Positions 1-9,096 are shown, numbered from the stretch's first letter. The stretch is DNA of 42,657 bases from a virus (IMGVR_UViG_2541047850_000006:1-42657), one strand, 5' to 3'. Notes: generated from the letters alone by a model not told the origin. Numbers and translations: made by a program.

Positions 1-211
1 TCGTGAAAACGATAAAGCGTGACTACATCAGTATCATGCCCAAACCAGACGGGTTAACGGCAGCAAAGAACCTTGCAGAGGCGTTCGAGCATTATAACGA
101 ATGGCATCCGCATAGTGCGCTGGGTTATCGCTCGCCACGGGAATATCTGCGGCAGCGGGCTTGTAATGGGTTAAGTGATAACAGATGTCTGGAAATATAG
201 GGGCAAATCCA
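1..211 (+). mobile_element. insD: IS2 (IS3 family) right-end fragment: 3' end of orfB/InsD transposase plus terminal repeat; the element body lies upstream of the window
   Basis: ORF 3..200 ends ...[29 protein letters not shown] (rve-type DDE transposase C-terminus) and the DNA ends ...TGTCTGGAAATATAGGGGCAAATCCA at ~211; both match my recollection of IS2, not database-verified. Confidence 0.8.
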
Positions 212-954
212 AGCCCCTCTTTCTCCGTAACTTGTTTACGACAAAGCTATGCTTGATAAGCTATAGCCTCACCACTAGGCCTCTCCATAGGGCTGCGTTT
301 GGGAAACGTACAATATTGTACGGTTGCGTTATCGCGGTAGGGTGTACTCCCATGCTATACGGTGTTTGGCAGATCTCTAGGGACATGAGATAACCTAAAT
401 GCGATAAGAAAAAAGCAATAACTTAAAAGCGATAGCTGATCACGATGAATCAATCAGTTACTTATCCACGTTGGTTAAAAAATGCTCCTGACGTACAATA
501 ATTTCCGTTGCCCAAACCGACCCCTACATACATGATGAAGTGACACAGGCTGGTAGCTACTATCTAAAACCATCGTTTATCACAAGGCTTGTTCGAGTTT
601 GTGTCTCCAATAACTACGTGAAAAAGTTATATGGTTTGATTATGCCGATTGGCGTTGTTGTTAGATGTTAAATGATGTATGGAATCATTATGTTCTCATT
701 TTTAGGAGCGTATCCTTTTCACTAATCTGTTAATTCCCCTCGACCTTCCGGTTTTTGCACGAGCTTAAAGCTAAACGGTTTGAGCTGGCTCCTTGAAATG
801 CCAGACAGTGGATGTATCTTAAAATAAGAGATAGGCTTGGATATATATACCAATGCTTGGAACTTTGCTGGGGCAGGAGCTTCGCAAACGTAAAACTCCT
901 CAGGAAAAAATTGCCACTATTCAGCAAACAATGTAGCTTGGCATGACGGCAGTC

Positions 955-1180
955 AGTAGCCCTCAGAGTAATGGAATGGCAGAACGGTTCGTTAAAACAA
1001 TGAAGGAAGACTACATCTCGTTCATGCCGAAACCGCATGTAAGAACGGCATTGCATAACCTTGCAGTGGCGATCGACATTACAATGAAAACCATCCGCAT
1101 AGTGCGTTGGGTTATCATCGACGTCAGTGGGTCATGTTAACTTAAGATACAACCCCTGTCTGGAAATAAGGGGGCAAGAA
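955..1180 (+). pseudogene. Degenerate second copy of an IS2-like orfB 3' end and terminus (frame-disrupted remnant)
   Basis: ORF 943..1140 (...[30 protein letters not shown]...) is a diverged paralogue of 3..200; it is followed by ...TGTCTGGAAATAAGGGGGCAAG resembling the IS end at 190-211; the frame breaks before the conserved HSALGY motif. Confidence 0.6.
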
Positions 1181-1239
1181 CACGTAAGATAAGCTGTCTC
1201 CTAGTGTGTACATATTAGGCTTAAGTGCGTTCAACTTTT

Positions 1240-1722
1240 TCATTGTTGTTTTGCCTCCATATGTTGATTGATTTGCTCATGTGTTTCTTTTGTTGTTTCT
1301 TCAAGCAACGCCGCATACACGTCAGTGATCGCTGTTTGTGATGTAGCGCTCTTCTTAACCATGCCATTAATCGTTACACCGTCACGTTTTCGTTTTATAG
1401 TTCTGGCTTGTTTATTCCGTTCTTCAACCTCCTTAATTAGCGCGGTCATATCTTCGAAATACAGAGATTCTCCTTTATGAATCTCTTCAACCATCATTTT
1501 TAACGCCTTGCATTTGCCTGCTTTGATAGCGGTTGCGCACGACTGGAATGAAGTTCGAGGAAGACGGTTTTCTTTGAAGGCAAGAATGGTGTGCTGGCAA
1601 ACAGAGTAGCTGCAATATGCCGACTCACCGTTTATCTTTACTTCCTCACAACGAAGTGAATAACCGTTATTTCCTGAAATAGAAGGGATTTTTGACAAAT
1701 CATCTTTCACAATTACCGCCAA
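1240..1722 (-). CDS. Hypothetical protein (160 aa, several Cys; possible zinc-binding)
   Basis: Track ORF; the start codon is TTG with no clear SD, so the start is uncertain; no recognisable catalytic motif. Confidence 0.4.
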   Translation of the reverse strand: MAVIVKDDLSKIPSISGNNGYSLRCEEVKINGESAYCSYSVCQHTILAFKENRLPRTSFQSCATAIKAGKCKALKMMVEEIHKGESLYFEDMTALIKEVEERNKQARTIKRKRDGVTINGMVKKSATSQTAITDVYAALLEETTKETHEQINQHMEAKQQ

Positions 1723-1777
1723 AAATAATCTTGTGCTTACTTATCATTATTTGCGTAAAAAACGACACACAGAGAGC

Positions 1778-2560
1778 TTACCAACTTCCCCAGCTAATCA
1801 TCTTGCGCTGATCGCTTTCTAAGCGATAGGGGGCAAGAAGCTCTGTGACATGATTGGTGGCGTATGATTTAGCCTCTTGCTCTATCATCGGTAATTCGTT
1901 AGCAATCCTGACCATCTTCCCAGCAAATTCCGCCATTACTCCATCACATGCCTTCCCCGCATCAACAACGATATGCACCAGATCCAACTGGCTTTTGCAC
2001 ATGTCCCAAAGAGTCGAATATTCGCTCTCTCTGATTAGGTTTACAGCATCATTAGCCCCTTTATTAATCAAAACCTCCAACAGATTTGTCGGGGTGACGA
2101 AATCGGCTTTCAGAGACAATGTTGGTTCAGCTTTTACCGACTGCAAGTAATCTTCAAAGTTTTGCTTGTCTTCCAGCAAAGCTAAACTGCGCATAGCCCG
2201 AATAGATTCTCGAATGACGGCTTCAATATGTTCGTCACCTGGATGACAGATAATGGTATCTGTATAGATGACTCTGCCATCAAACCACGCCCCAACCTGC
2301 ACTTTTAGAGTACGTAAGTTTTCTTTGGGTACAAAAACAACTAATGCAGAACGTCGTGCATGTGCAGGTTCGCCCCATACGCACAACTTAACCTTCAGAT
2401 AAGGTAGCCCCGGTAGCGGGATCTCGACCAAACGAGTGGCGATATGATCCATTGCTGTTTTTACGGCTTTTTCAATGATGTCTAGCCGATTGCTCTCGCT
2501 GATTTCTAAACCAGTTTTATCAATGATGTCGCAGGCTAATTTCTGAATTTCGTCTTTCAT
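1778..2560 (-). CDS. Hypothetical protein (260 aa), replication-module associated
   Basis: Track ORF with ATG start and AGGAG SD about 6 nt upstream; the 20-bp palindromic motif lies ~40 bp upstream (2602-2621). Confidence 0.55.
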   Translation of the reverse strand: MKDEIQKLACDIIDKTGLEISESNRLDIIEKAVKTAMDHIATRLVEIPLPGLPYLKVKLCVWGEPAHARRSALVVFVPKENLRTLKVQVGAWFDGRVIYTDTIICHPGDEHIEAVIRESIRAMRSLALLEDKQNFEDYLQSVKAEPTLSLKADFVTPTNLLEVLINKGANDAVNLIRESEYSTLWDMCKSQLDLVHIVVDAGKACDGVMAEFAGKMVRIANELPMIEQEAKSYATNHVTELLAPYRLESDQRKMISWGSW

Positions 2561-2635
2561 ACCAACTCCTAGCTAACAGATGAAAGTATTTTTACAGAAA
2601 GATAAGTAATCATATACTTATTTTAAAGGTGATTG

Positions 2636-3889
2636 TTATGATAGAGCCTTAATGCCCAAAACCTTGCTTTGTAACTCCAACTGCTTGGTATACGGTTTTG
2701 CCCGATAATAGGCTTTGATAATTTGTTCTGGCGTTGCACCGCCCGGGTCGAGTCCTTCCTCACCCAAACACGCAACTTTGACATTAAGACCGATACTGGT
2801 CAGTCGCCTAGCTGCGGGCATAGTGTTGCGTATAGCTTGCTTTTCACTATCCCACATCATGATCACATTACGTAACCCACGCGCCTTGAGCGTCAGGAAC
2901 GCGCCTAACTGATCTTCTGCATCCTGAGTGGTGTTGCCAGATAGATGCATCCCGAACGTTCCTATTGGTTCCACGTAATCACGTAATGTTTCTTCATCAA
3001 AAATAGCTCGTTTAACCCCCATAACATCGAACGCCCCCTCACAGACAACTACAGTCTGTTTGCCGACCGCATTATGGCCGTTGTAGAGAAACTTACCTGA
3101 AGCTGGAAGTTGCATAGGAAAGAGGTAGCGGCGTTCTGCTGTACCGGTAATGTCTCGTCCCTGAAATGTCTTCATTACCCCATCCAGATCGTAAATCGGT
3201 ATCAGTATTCGCATATCGAATATCTGCCCTTTAACCTGATCTGTATACGGATCTACATAAGCGTGCTTGCCTTCGACGCAGTATCGTAGGTCAAAATACT
3301 TTGCCATTTCAGGTGATATGTTTCGTTCAACCAGATAGTCTGGAAGACGGCCATCTATAGGAAGCTCGTAATGACGAGGGAGTGCAACTGGCCCCTCTAA
3401 CTCGACTGTGCTTGCAAGCACTAGCTCTTCTTTCTTTGGTGCCCACCCCTGGGAAAGAAGGGCGTTCTGCACATATTCCTCGAACTGTCGTCGTGATTTA
3501 CCGCTGTAGTGCTTGAGGAAGACCAGCTTATTGAACTGAATCTCTTCGGGATGATCACCAGCGAAGCATTTGCCGACGCCACTGGTCAGATTGAAATATA
3601 CCTTCCAGTTGGAGCTGCCGCATACCGGACACTCCTTGATATTCACTTCACGACCGCGAGCACTCACACCTCCACGTCGATAAACGATACCTTCAGTATC
3701 CAACCATTGTTCAAAATCTAATTCGGCAATTAGCTCTTTCAGCTCGCTCACGATAATTCCACTTTTAACAGGCAATATTATGACCAACATAAATGTTGAT
3801 ATAACATAAAGGCTCATGTGTTTTTCTTTTGTGGTTTGGCAAAAGAAAAGTTGTTTCACCAATGAATCAAGCGTGGAGGTGTTCTCCAC
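2636..3889 (-). CDS. DNA primase (zinc-binding domain + TOPRIM), T7 gp4 primase-domain-like; N-terminus probably over-extended (likely ATG near 3817)
   Basis: CPVCGSS...C..GDH zinc-ribbon-like motif; VVVCEGAFDVMG and MMWDSEKQA TOPRIM-like acidic motifs; the track start is GTG inside a hairpin at 3870-3892. Confidence 0.75.
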   Translation of the reverse strand: MENTSTLDSLVKQLFFCQTTKEKHMSLYVISTFMLVIILPVKSGIIVSELKELIAELDFEQWLDTEGIVYRRGGVSARGREVNIKECPVCGSSNWKVYFNLTSGVGKCFAGDHPEEIQFNKLVFLKHYSGKSRRQFEEYVQNALLSQGWAPKKEELVLASTVELEGPVALPRHYELPIDGRLPDYLVERNISPEMAKYFDLRYCVEGKHAYVDPYTDQVKGQIFDMRILIPIYDLDGVMKTFQGRDITGTAERRYLFPMQLPASGKFLYNGHNAVGKQTVVVCEGAFDVMGVKRAIFDEETLRDYVEPIGTFGMHLSGNTTQDAEDQLGAFLTLKARGLRNVIMMWDSEKQAIRNTMPAARRLTSIGLNVKVACLGEEGLDPGGATPEQIIKAYYRAKPYTKQLELQSKVLGIKALS

Positions 3890-3900
3890 GCTTATTTTTT
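3870..3900. terminator. Stem-loop (9-bp stem AGCGTGGAG/CTCCACGCT) between helicase and primase genes; followed by TATTTTTT on the plus strand
   Basis: Inverted repeat read directly; the U-tract is strong only for plus-strand (antisense) transcription and weak for the minus strand, so it may be an attenuator or an antisense terminator. Confidence 0.4.
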
Positions 3901-5239
3901 AGGTAACGTCTAAGATTCGCTCAATGAAGCGCATTTGTTCGAGGTTTTGTTTAACGCGAATGCTGATCCCTCCCTGTTGGTTACGTGAACCGGCAAAGTA
4001 GAGACGAGCCTCTCCTTTCGCTTCTTCTTCTTCGGTTTTGTTGATCGTTATTACCAGGTCAGCAATACGTACTTTTTCGATGTTGTCGGCAGCGTGCATC
4101 ATTGTGGCAACTTCTGACGCGCCACCTTCACGGTTTGTCTGCGATGCCGTGATCCCAGCAACGTTATGCTTGTCATAAAGAGCACGTAAATCGGTGTAGA
4201 TACTACGAATGTTGGCGCGATCATCACGAAGGTCATAACTGGCACGCATCAAATCTGCGTAGTCGACAACAACCATGTCAGGCACCATGCCGTTGGCTTT
4301 CATGCTGTTAAGCATACGGTCCAGATCTGCCGGTGACATACTTCCTGACGGACGCTCAACCACCCACAAACTACCAATCCCCTTCGTGGCTCCCAACTCT
4401 GCCAACTTACGGTGAACCTGATCGCGCCGTTCCACCAGCTTGGACATTTCCGTCTCCGACAATCTTGCATCAAAACGGTCAGATAAAATGGTGGTGTGAA
4501 CCTCCAGCGAGAGATACAGAACATTGTAGCCAGCAAGCGTTGCGTTTATGGAAAACTCACCCATTGCGGTCGATTTACCGGATTTAGCGAACCCCATGAA
4601 GAGCACCATTTCACGCTTCGCCCAGCCTTTTTGGTACAGCAACCTATCGAGCAGAGGGAGTCCAGTTGTAATGCTGTTTGGCACATACTCCTCTGAAGCC
4701 TCATATTCACGCGCTTTCAATCGCTCACTTGCGGAGGTGTAGTAGTCATAGATTCCGGTCGCTTCGTTCGATCCAATCTGCTGAACCTTGGCCATGATTG
4801 CCATCGCCCCCTGAAAGTCGCCCTTCTCTTTCAGTTCAGCAGCCTTAATCAGAGCATCATCAAACGCTACACTTTTTGCGAAGGTTGATACCTGGTCAAC
4901 CATGTACGAGGTATCGGACAATTTTTCTGCAAGAATGCGCTTAAACGCAGCAACAACATCGGCGAATAGTTCCTCACGGATAGTCTTATCGCGTTTCGCA
5001 CGCTTAAGCATATCCAGAATTGCAGATGAAGAGGGCGCGCTCTTGTACATACGGTAATAGCCCGAAACCATATTAACCAATATGGCATTGGCCGCATTGG
5101 CAAATTGGCTAGGCACAACCAGATCTCCCGCACGAGTAAGAAACTCGTGATCACGACAAAAATATGCCGTCAGTCTGTTCTGGAAATCTTCATCAAACTC
5201 TTCGGACAGCCCGCGTCCTGTATGGCAAAGTTCGGTCAT
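3899..5239 (-). CDS. Replicative DNA helicase, DnaB/RecA-fold (T7 gp4 helicase-domain-like)
   Basis: Walker A GFAKSGKST, Walker B MVVVDYADL, QTNREG region; ATG start with AAGGAAA SD. Confidence 0.8.
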   Translation of the reverse strand: MTELCHTGRGLSEEFDEDFQNRLTAYFCRDHEFLTRAGDLVVPSQFANAANAILVNMVSGYYRMYKSAPSSSAILDMLKRAKRDKTIREELFADVVAAFKRILAEKLSDTSYMVDQVSTFAKSVAFDDALIKAAELKEKGDFQGAMAIMAKVQQIGSNEATGIYDYYTSASERLKAREYEASEEYVPNSITTGLPLLDRLLYQKGWAKREMVLFMGFAKSGKSTAMGEFSINATLAGYNVLYLSLEVHTTILSDRFDARLSETEMSKLVERRDQVHRKLAELGATKGIGSLWVVERPSGSMSPADLDRMLNSMKANGMVPDMVVVDYADLMRASYDLRDDRANIRSIYTDLRALYDKHNVAGITASQTNREGGASEVATMMHAADNIEKVRIADLVITINKTEEEEAKGEARLYFAGSRNQQGGISIRVKQNLEQMRFIERILDVT

Positions 5240-5282
5240 GTGCTTTCCTTTGTTTTTTAAACAAATTGTTTTCTAGTATTAG

Positions 5283-6032
5283 TTAATTATATAGGGGATC
5301 AATAAACCACCGTGCTTCTTCCAGTTCTTCTGGAAAGTGGGCGGAAATAAGGCGCTCTGGAACGATTTCCATTAGCCAGATAGCGGAGAAAATTGCGCGT
5401 ATGCGCTTGCTGCGAGGGATGGTGCGCAAACGCTCCAGAATCCACTCAAAATAGCTTTCCTGAATCGGGTTGAACTGCATGTCTCCCATATGCTTAAAGC
5501 TAACCAGAGAGTCATCCAGACGGGTTGTTGCGCGTCTGGCTAATTTCTCTTCAAATATCTCAATCAGTTCTGGCTGCCATAAATGCTGCGGACGCGGCAG
5601 CTTGTCCCACAGACGTCGTGCAGCTGCGGAAAGCACGGTGGAGATAAAGTAGTCGTATGAGCAACAATAGCGGTCAGCAAACTGGCGTGCTTTCCATAAC
5701 GACGTTTTATTGGCAGTCGACAACTCCTGATAAGGCAGGCGTTTTAACCCGGTGGTGAACGGAGCTGTTTCAAAGTGTTCGCGACCGTGCGTCAGCATGA
5801 TATTTGAGTACTGACGTTTGTATGCCTCCGTAAAAAGACAGGTGGCCATGAGAGGATGCATGTCGCAGTAATCAAACCACTTCGTCTCGAAGAGTTCAGC
5901 CTCGTCTTTACAGCGCGACAAACCAATGTTTTCAGCGACCCACTTGTCCATAACAGCGGTATTCCACTCTGTCATGAAGTCGTACTGGTCGTTGTCGATG
6001 GTATCGAAAAAGATTTGGCTCATGTGGCTCAC
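5283..6032 (-). CDS. Hypothetical protein (about 246 aa from ATG at ~6023)
   Basis: Track ORF (GTG start); an in-frame ATG 9 nt downstream has an AGGTGA SD; a palindromic motif overlaps the start region (6036-6055). Confidence 0.5.
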   Translation of the reverse strand: MSHMSQIFFDTIDNDQYDFMTEWNTAVMDKWVAENIGLSRCKDEAELFETKWFDYCDMHPLMATCLFTEAYKRQYSNIMLTHGREHFETAPFTTGLKRLPYQELSTANKTSLWKARQFADRYCCSYDYFISTVLSAAARRLWDKLPRPQHLWQPELIEIFEEKLARRATTRLDDSLVSFKHMGDMQFNPIQESYFEWILERLRTIPRSKRIRAIFSAIWLMEIVPERLISAHFPEELEEARWFIDPLYN

Positions 6033-6137
6033 CTGGTAGGTAGTTACTTACTTATTACAATGAGCGGATGATAGCGACTGGTGGCAGTTTTTGGAAGTGG
6101 AAACGAAAGGGAGTTGTTCTGGTTGTGTCTTTTAAAA

Positions 6138-6196
6138 GACCTGCTTCTGTATATATTTAATAAGTTACTTATTATTTATATATACGGAAGCAGGCA
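6138..6196. repeat. Long near-perfect palindrome A (about 17-bp arms CCTGCTTCTGTATATAT / ATATATACGGAAGCAGG around an AT-rich core AATAAGTTACTTATT); copy 1 of 2
   Basis: Read directly; a second copy in inverted orientation at 35661-35716. Confidence 0.75.
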
Positions 6197-6309
6197 TACA
6201 TAACTTGTCGTCTTAGACGCCCAGAAGCTCTACACTTTGAGCCTGTTAAATTGATTAAAAACTTATGTGTAAAATAGAACGCATTAGTCAGTAGCTAAGA
6301 GATGCAATA

Positions 6310-7077
6310 ATGGACGATTTATCGGTATACGCGAGATCATTGGATAAGGCTAAATACTATGTTTACTGTCTCTATGATACAGAAGACAAGATGAAAAGAC
6401 CGTTTTACATAGGAAAAGGCAAATCGACTCGTTGTCTCGATCACATCAAGTATCCCGATGACTCTCCCAAATCCATGCGGATCAAAGAACTTTTGGCTAA
6501 TAAAAAATTAGGCATAGATATACTTCGTCATGGTATGGATGAAACCACAGCCAAACTTGTTGAGGCGACATGCATCGACCTTATGGGGGTCGGAGAGCTT
6601 ACGAATAAGGTTCGAGGAAGTGGTTCCATGATGGGCAGAATATCACTGGACGCCTACCATCACTTAGTGCTGCAAGAGGAAACTGAAATTGCTCCTGAGC
6701 ACGCCGGTCTTGCCTTCCTGCTAAACAGCACCTACAAGTCAGGAATGTCCGCTCTGGCATTATATGAAGCTACGCGTGGCGTATGGGCAAAGGTTCCAAG
6801 AGACGAGAATCTCAAATATGCCTACGCTACATATGGTGGGCTAATAATGGAAGTTTATCGGATTGAATGCTGGGTCAAAGCCGGTTCTCAGCAGTACTTT
6901 ACAAGGGATATAGCTCTTGGCCCCGACACAAAACGTTATGAATTTGTTGGCAGAATAGCCGATGAGCATATTAGAAAACTGTATGTAGGCAAATTAATCA
7001 AGAAGCCACCAAGCTACGGTAGCCCTTTTGTGAAGGTTGGAGTGGTTAGGACTGAACATAGTGTTAGCGCGGCATAA
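6310..7077 (+). CDS. GIY-YIG nuclease-domain protein (255 aa), stand-alone on the opposite strand
   Basis: N-terminal YYVYCLYD...PFYIGKGK...R..H and downstream Glu/Asn consistent with a GIY-YIG catalytic core; ATG start; followed by a strong terminator. Confidence 0.6.
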   Translation: MDDLSVYARSLDKAKYYVYCLYDTEDKMKRPFYIGKGKSTRCLDHIKYPDDSPKSMRIKELLANKKLGIDILRHGMDETTAKLVEATCIDLMGVGELTNKVRGSGSMMGRISLDAYHHLVLQEETEIAPEHAGLAFLLNSTYKSGMSALALYEATRGVWAKVPRDENLKYAYATYGGLIMEVYRIECWVKAGSQQYFTRDIALGPDTKRYEFVGRIADEHIRKLYVGKLIKKPPSYGSPFVKVGVVRTEHSVSAA

Positions 7078-7093
7078 AGCTGACACTGTAGTT

Positions 7094-7140
7094 ATGCATT
7101 GGCGCAATGTACGCGCCAATGCATGATTTTTAACCTTTTT
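7094..7140 (+). terminator. Rho-independent terminator (12-bp perfect stem ATGCATTGGCGC...GCGCCAATGCAT, then GATTTTTAACCTTTTTT)
   Basis: Inverted repeat plus T-tract read directly; sits between the convergent GIY-YIG and partition genes. Confidence 0.65.
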
Positions 7141-7489
7141 TCATCAACTCTCGTTTGATTTCATCGGTACGCATCGTGACATCGGCAGCTGTGATCGCCT
7201 CGTTCAGTTTCACGATGTCCTCGATTTCCTGCGGTGACTTCTCTGCCAGATGGAAAATGGCTGCGCGAATCACGTCAGAACGGGTGAACTTCTCGAAACG
7301 AGGGATGAACTTCATCATCTCCAGCAGTTCGAAGTATTCGTCTTCCAGTGACATTGTGCGGCTTTTAATTTTCTCTTTGCCACGAGTCGGGCGTCCCTGT
7401 GGTCTGACTGGTTGGCGCAAAGGAGTTGTGTTCTTAGCCGGTGCATCAGGCTCTTTGCGCTTTGCTAGGTCACCCATTTTCATGGACAT
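7130..7489 (-). CDS. ParG-like ribbon-helix-helix centromere-binding protein (partition adaptor)
   Basis: Basic disordered N-terminus followed by an RHH-like segment RTMSLEDEYFELLEMMKF...SDVIRAAIFHLAE; its start overlaps the stop of the upstream ParA gene by 1 nt. Confidence 0.55.
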   Translation of the reverse strand: MSMKMGDLAKRKEPDAPAKNTTPLRQPVRPQGRPTRGKEKIKSRTMSLEDEYFELLEMMKFIPRFEKFTRSDVIRAAIFHLAEKSPQEIEDIVKLNEAITAADVTMRTDEIKRELMKKG

Positions 7490-8157
7490 TATTCTTCTTC
7501 CTCCAGACTCAACAGATAATCTACAAATTCTTCAAACTCGGCTTCCGCCTTTTTGTCGCGCTCGCTACCGGTCATTTCAAAGATAGAACGACCAGACTCT
7601 TCCGCATCATCATAGACGTTGCGGTTATATAGATTGACTGGCGCAGACTCGATGCCAAACGTCTCGACAATCTCTTTAGCCGCCAGAATGCGAGACACTT
7701 GTGATGGCAAAGCCGGGCACTGGTTCATGACCGCGCGGACCTTCACTTTATCGTTTACATTACGAACATTGTCGATAATAGGATCGATGTCACGCAGGGA
7801 TTTCAAATCACGACGCTTAGGACGAAGCGGGATAATGATAACGTCGGCCATCAGCATCGCTTGTCGCTGAATTTCGGAGTCGAAGCCACCAGCATCTACC
7901 ACTACAAACTCAGCTCTACCCTGAAGCGATTTTAGGTGCTTAATGATGTCATCCTGAACGTATGCAAAAGGAATCAGCTCAAGGTCTTCGTTCTGTCGAC
8001 GGTCTTCACACCAGCTCGTTGTCGTGCGCTGAATATCTATATCGGTAATATAAACCTTCTTCTTCTTTTTGACTTTCAGGCAAACGGCAATTTGCTGGGC
8101 AACGGTGGATTTGCCAGGCCCGCCCTTTGTGCCGCCAACCACAAAGATCTTGGTCAT
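7489..8157 (-). CDS. parA: ParA/ParF-type partition ATPase (small type Ib, 222 aa)
   Basis: Deviant Walker A GGTKGGPGKST near the N-terminus; size and absence of an N-terminal HTH fit the ParF class; AGGGAA SD. Confidence 0.8.
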   Translation of the reverse strand: MTKIFVVGGTKGGPGKSTVAQQIAVCLKVKKKKKVYITDIDIQRTTTSWCEDRRQNEDLELIPFAYVQDDIIKHLKSLQGRAEFVVVDAGGFDSEIQRQAMLMADVIIIPLRPKRRDLKSLRDIDPIIDNVRNVNDKVKVRAVMNQCPALPSQVSRILAAKEIVETFGIESAPVNLYNRNVYDDAEESGRSIFEMTGSERDKKAEAEFEEFVDYLLSLEEEE

Positions 8158-8290
8158 TGGAGAGTTCCCTTTGCGTATATAATTATCGTCTGAAACAACT
8201 TGTTTTCTTATATGTGATATAGCCTAAATGCCTACGGCTGCTGTGTAAAGGTTTAATGATAGGTACATAGATTTGGTAAGGACTTAATAA

Positions 8291-8316
8291 CAAAAAACCC
8301 GCCGTAGCGGGTTTAG
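8291..8316 (-). terminator. Rho-independent terminator (AACCCGC-CGTA-GCGGGTT followed by a T-tract on the minus strand)
   Basis: Read directly; immediately downstream of the stop of gene 8320..9096. Confidence 0.7.
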
Positions 8317-8319
8317 GAA

Positions 8320-9096
8320 TTAGTGGTTGGTAAACCTGGCATCAAATGTTGTAACGCCCACTTCAATGTGGCGGTCTTCTTTGGAGATGATGGTGAGAAT
8401 CTGACTAGATGGGTCTATGCTGACAGCCATAGGGTTCCAGTGACGTAACTGAGCCTCTCTGTTCAATAGCAGCGCATCCCACGGTTTGACGCCATTCTGC
8501 CCAATACCACCCTCAACAAGGACATCTATAAATTCTTTATTTAAATTGTCATAGATTTGGACACGCCCGACCAGAAGCATACCGACCGCCCAAATTCTGG
8601 CACCGTAAACCGTCTGATGGTCATCACATACCACATGGTCATGCCAATTGAGAAGGAAATTGTAAACTCTTCTAGCAAGTCCCTTTTGTTCCTTTGAAGG
8701 GGTTACAAATGCCCCTTTGATCTGGACACCAAGGTGAGAGCCTTTTTGTGAGCGAAACTGGAAACGCTTGTAGACGAACCTGGCAATCTGAATGCCGTCA
8801 TCATCTTCTTGTTCATCACCAACTAACTCACGAACACTATGAACTATCTCTGCTTCTGAATACCCCTGCTCGTCAAGATCCATTGCATGTTCTTGAAGCC
8901 AATCTGCATCATGGTCGCCTACAAATGACACTGTCAAACAGTAATCATAATTAGACCCGATCAAAGACCACTCTGTGAGCCGTAAAACAGAAAAATCAGA
9001 GTTAACCATGTAGCCAACTCTGATTTTCTCTCTTGCTTCACATTCAGGGAAATCTGACAGTACTTTTGAATACTCTGCTATGAATGATGGTGACAT
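8320..9096 (-). CDS. Hypothetical protein (258 aa)
   Basis: Track ORF, ATG start abutting the stop of 9097..9495; has its own terminator; no confident domain (a GDHDADW segment is only weakly suggestive). Confidence 0.5.
   Translation of the reverse strand: MSPSFIAEYSKVLSDFPECEAREKIRVGYMVNSDFSVLRLTEWSLIGSNYDYCLTVSFVGDHDADWLQEHAMDLDEQGYSEAEIVHSVRELVGDEQEDDDGIQIARFVYKRFQFRSQKGSHLGVQIKGAFVTPSKEQKGLARRVYNFLLNWHDHVVCDDHQTVYGARIWAVGMLLVGRVQIYDNLNKEFIDVLVEGGIGQNGVKPWDALLLNREAQLRHWNPMAVSIDPSSQILTIISKEDRHIEVGVTTFDARFTNH

Noticed and set aside
175-1056. ORFs 175..393 (+) and 730..1056 (-) between the two IS remnants
   Set aside because: No SD, no recognisable motifs, and they overlap IS-derived sequence; the region looks like decayed non-coding DNA
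4300-4742. Several 60-85-aa ORFs on both strands overlapping the helicase gene
   Set aside because: Embedded in a gene with intact Walker motifs; no SD; too short and compositionally odd
6138-6196. Long palindromes as a protelomerase target (telomere-resolution) site
   Set aside because: Two copies exist rather than one and no protelomerase-like gene is visible in the window; cannot be excluded for the unseen part of the element, but it is not the favoured reading
7130-8157. ParA + RHH pair as a toxin-antitoxin or defence module
   Set aside because: Deviant Walker A at the extreme N-terminus, small size and a downstream RHH partner with a basic N-terminal tail fit a type Ib partition system better
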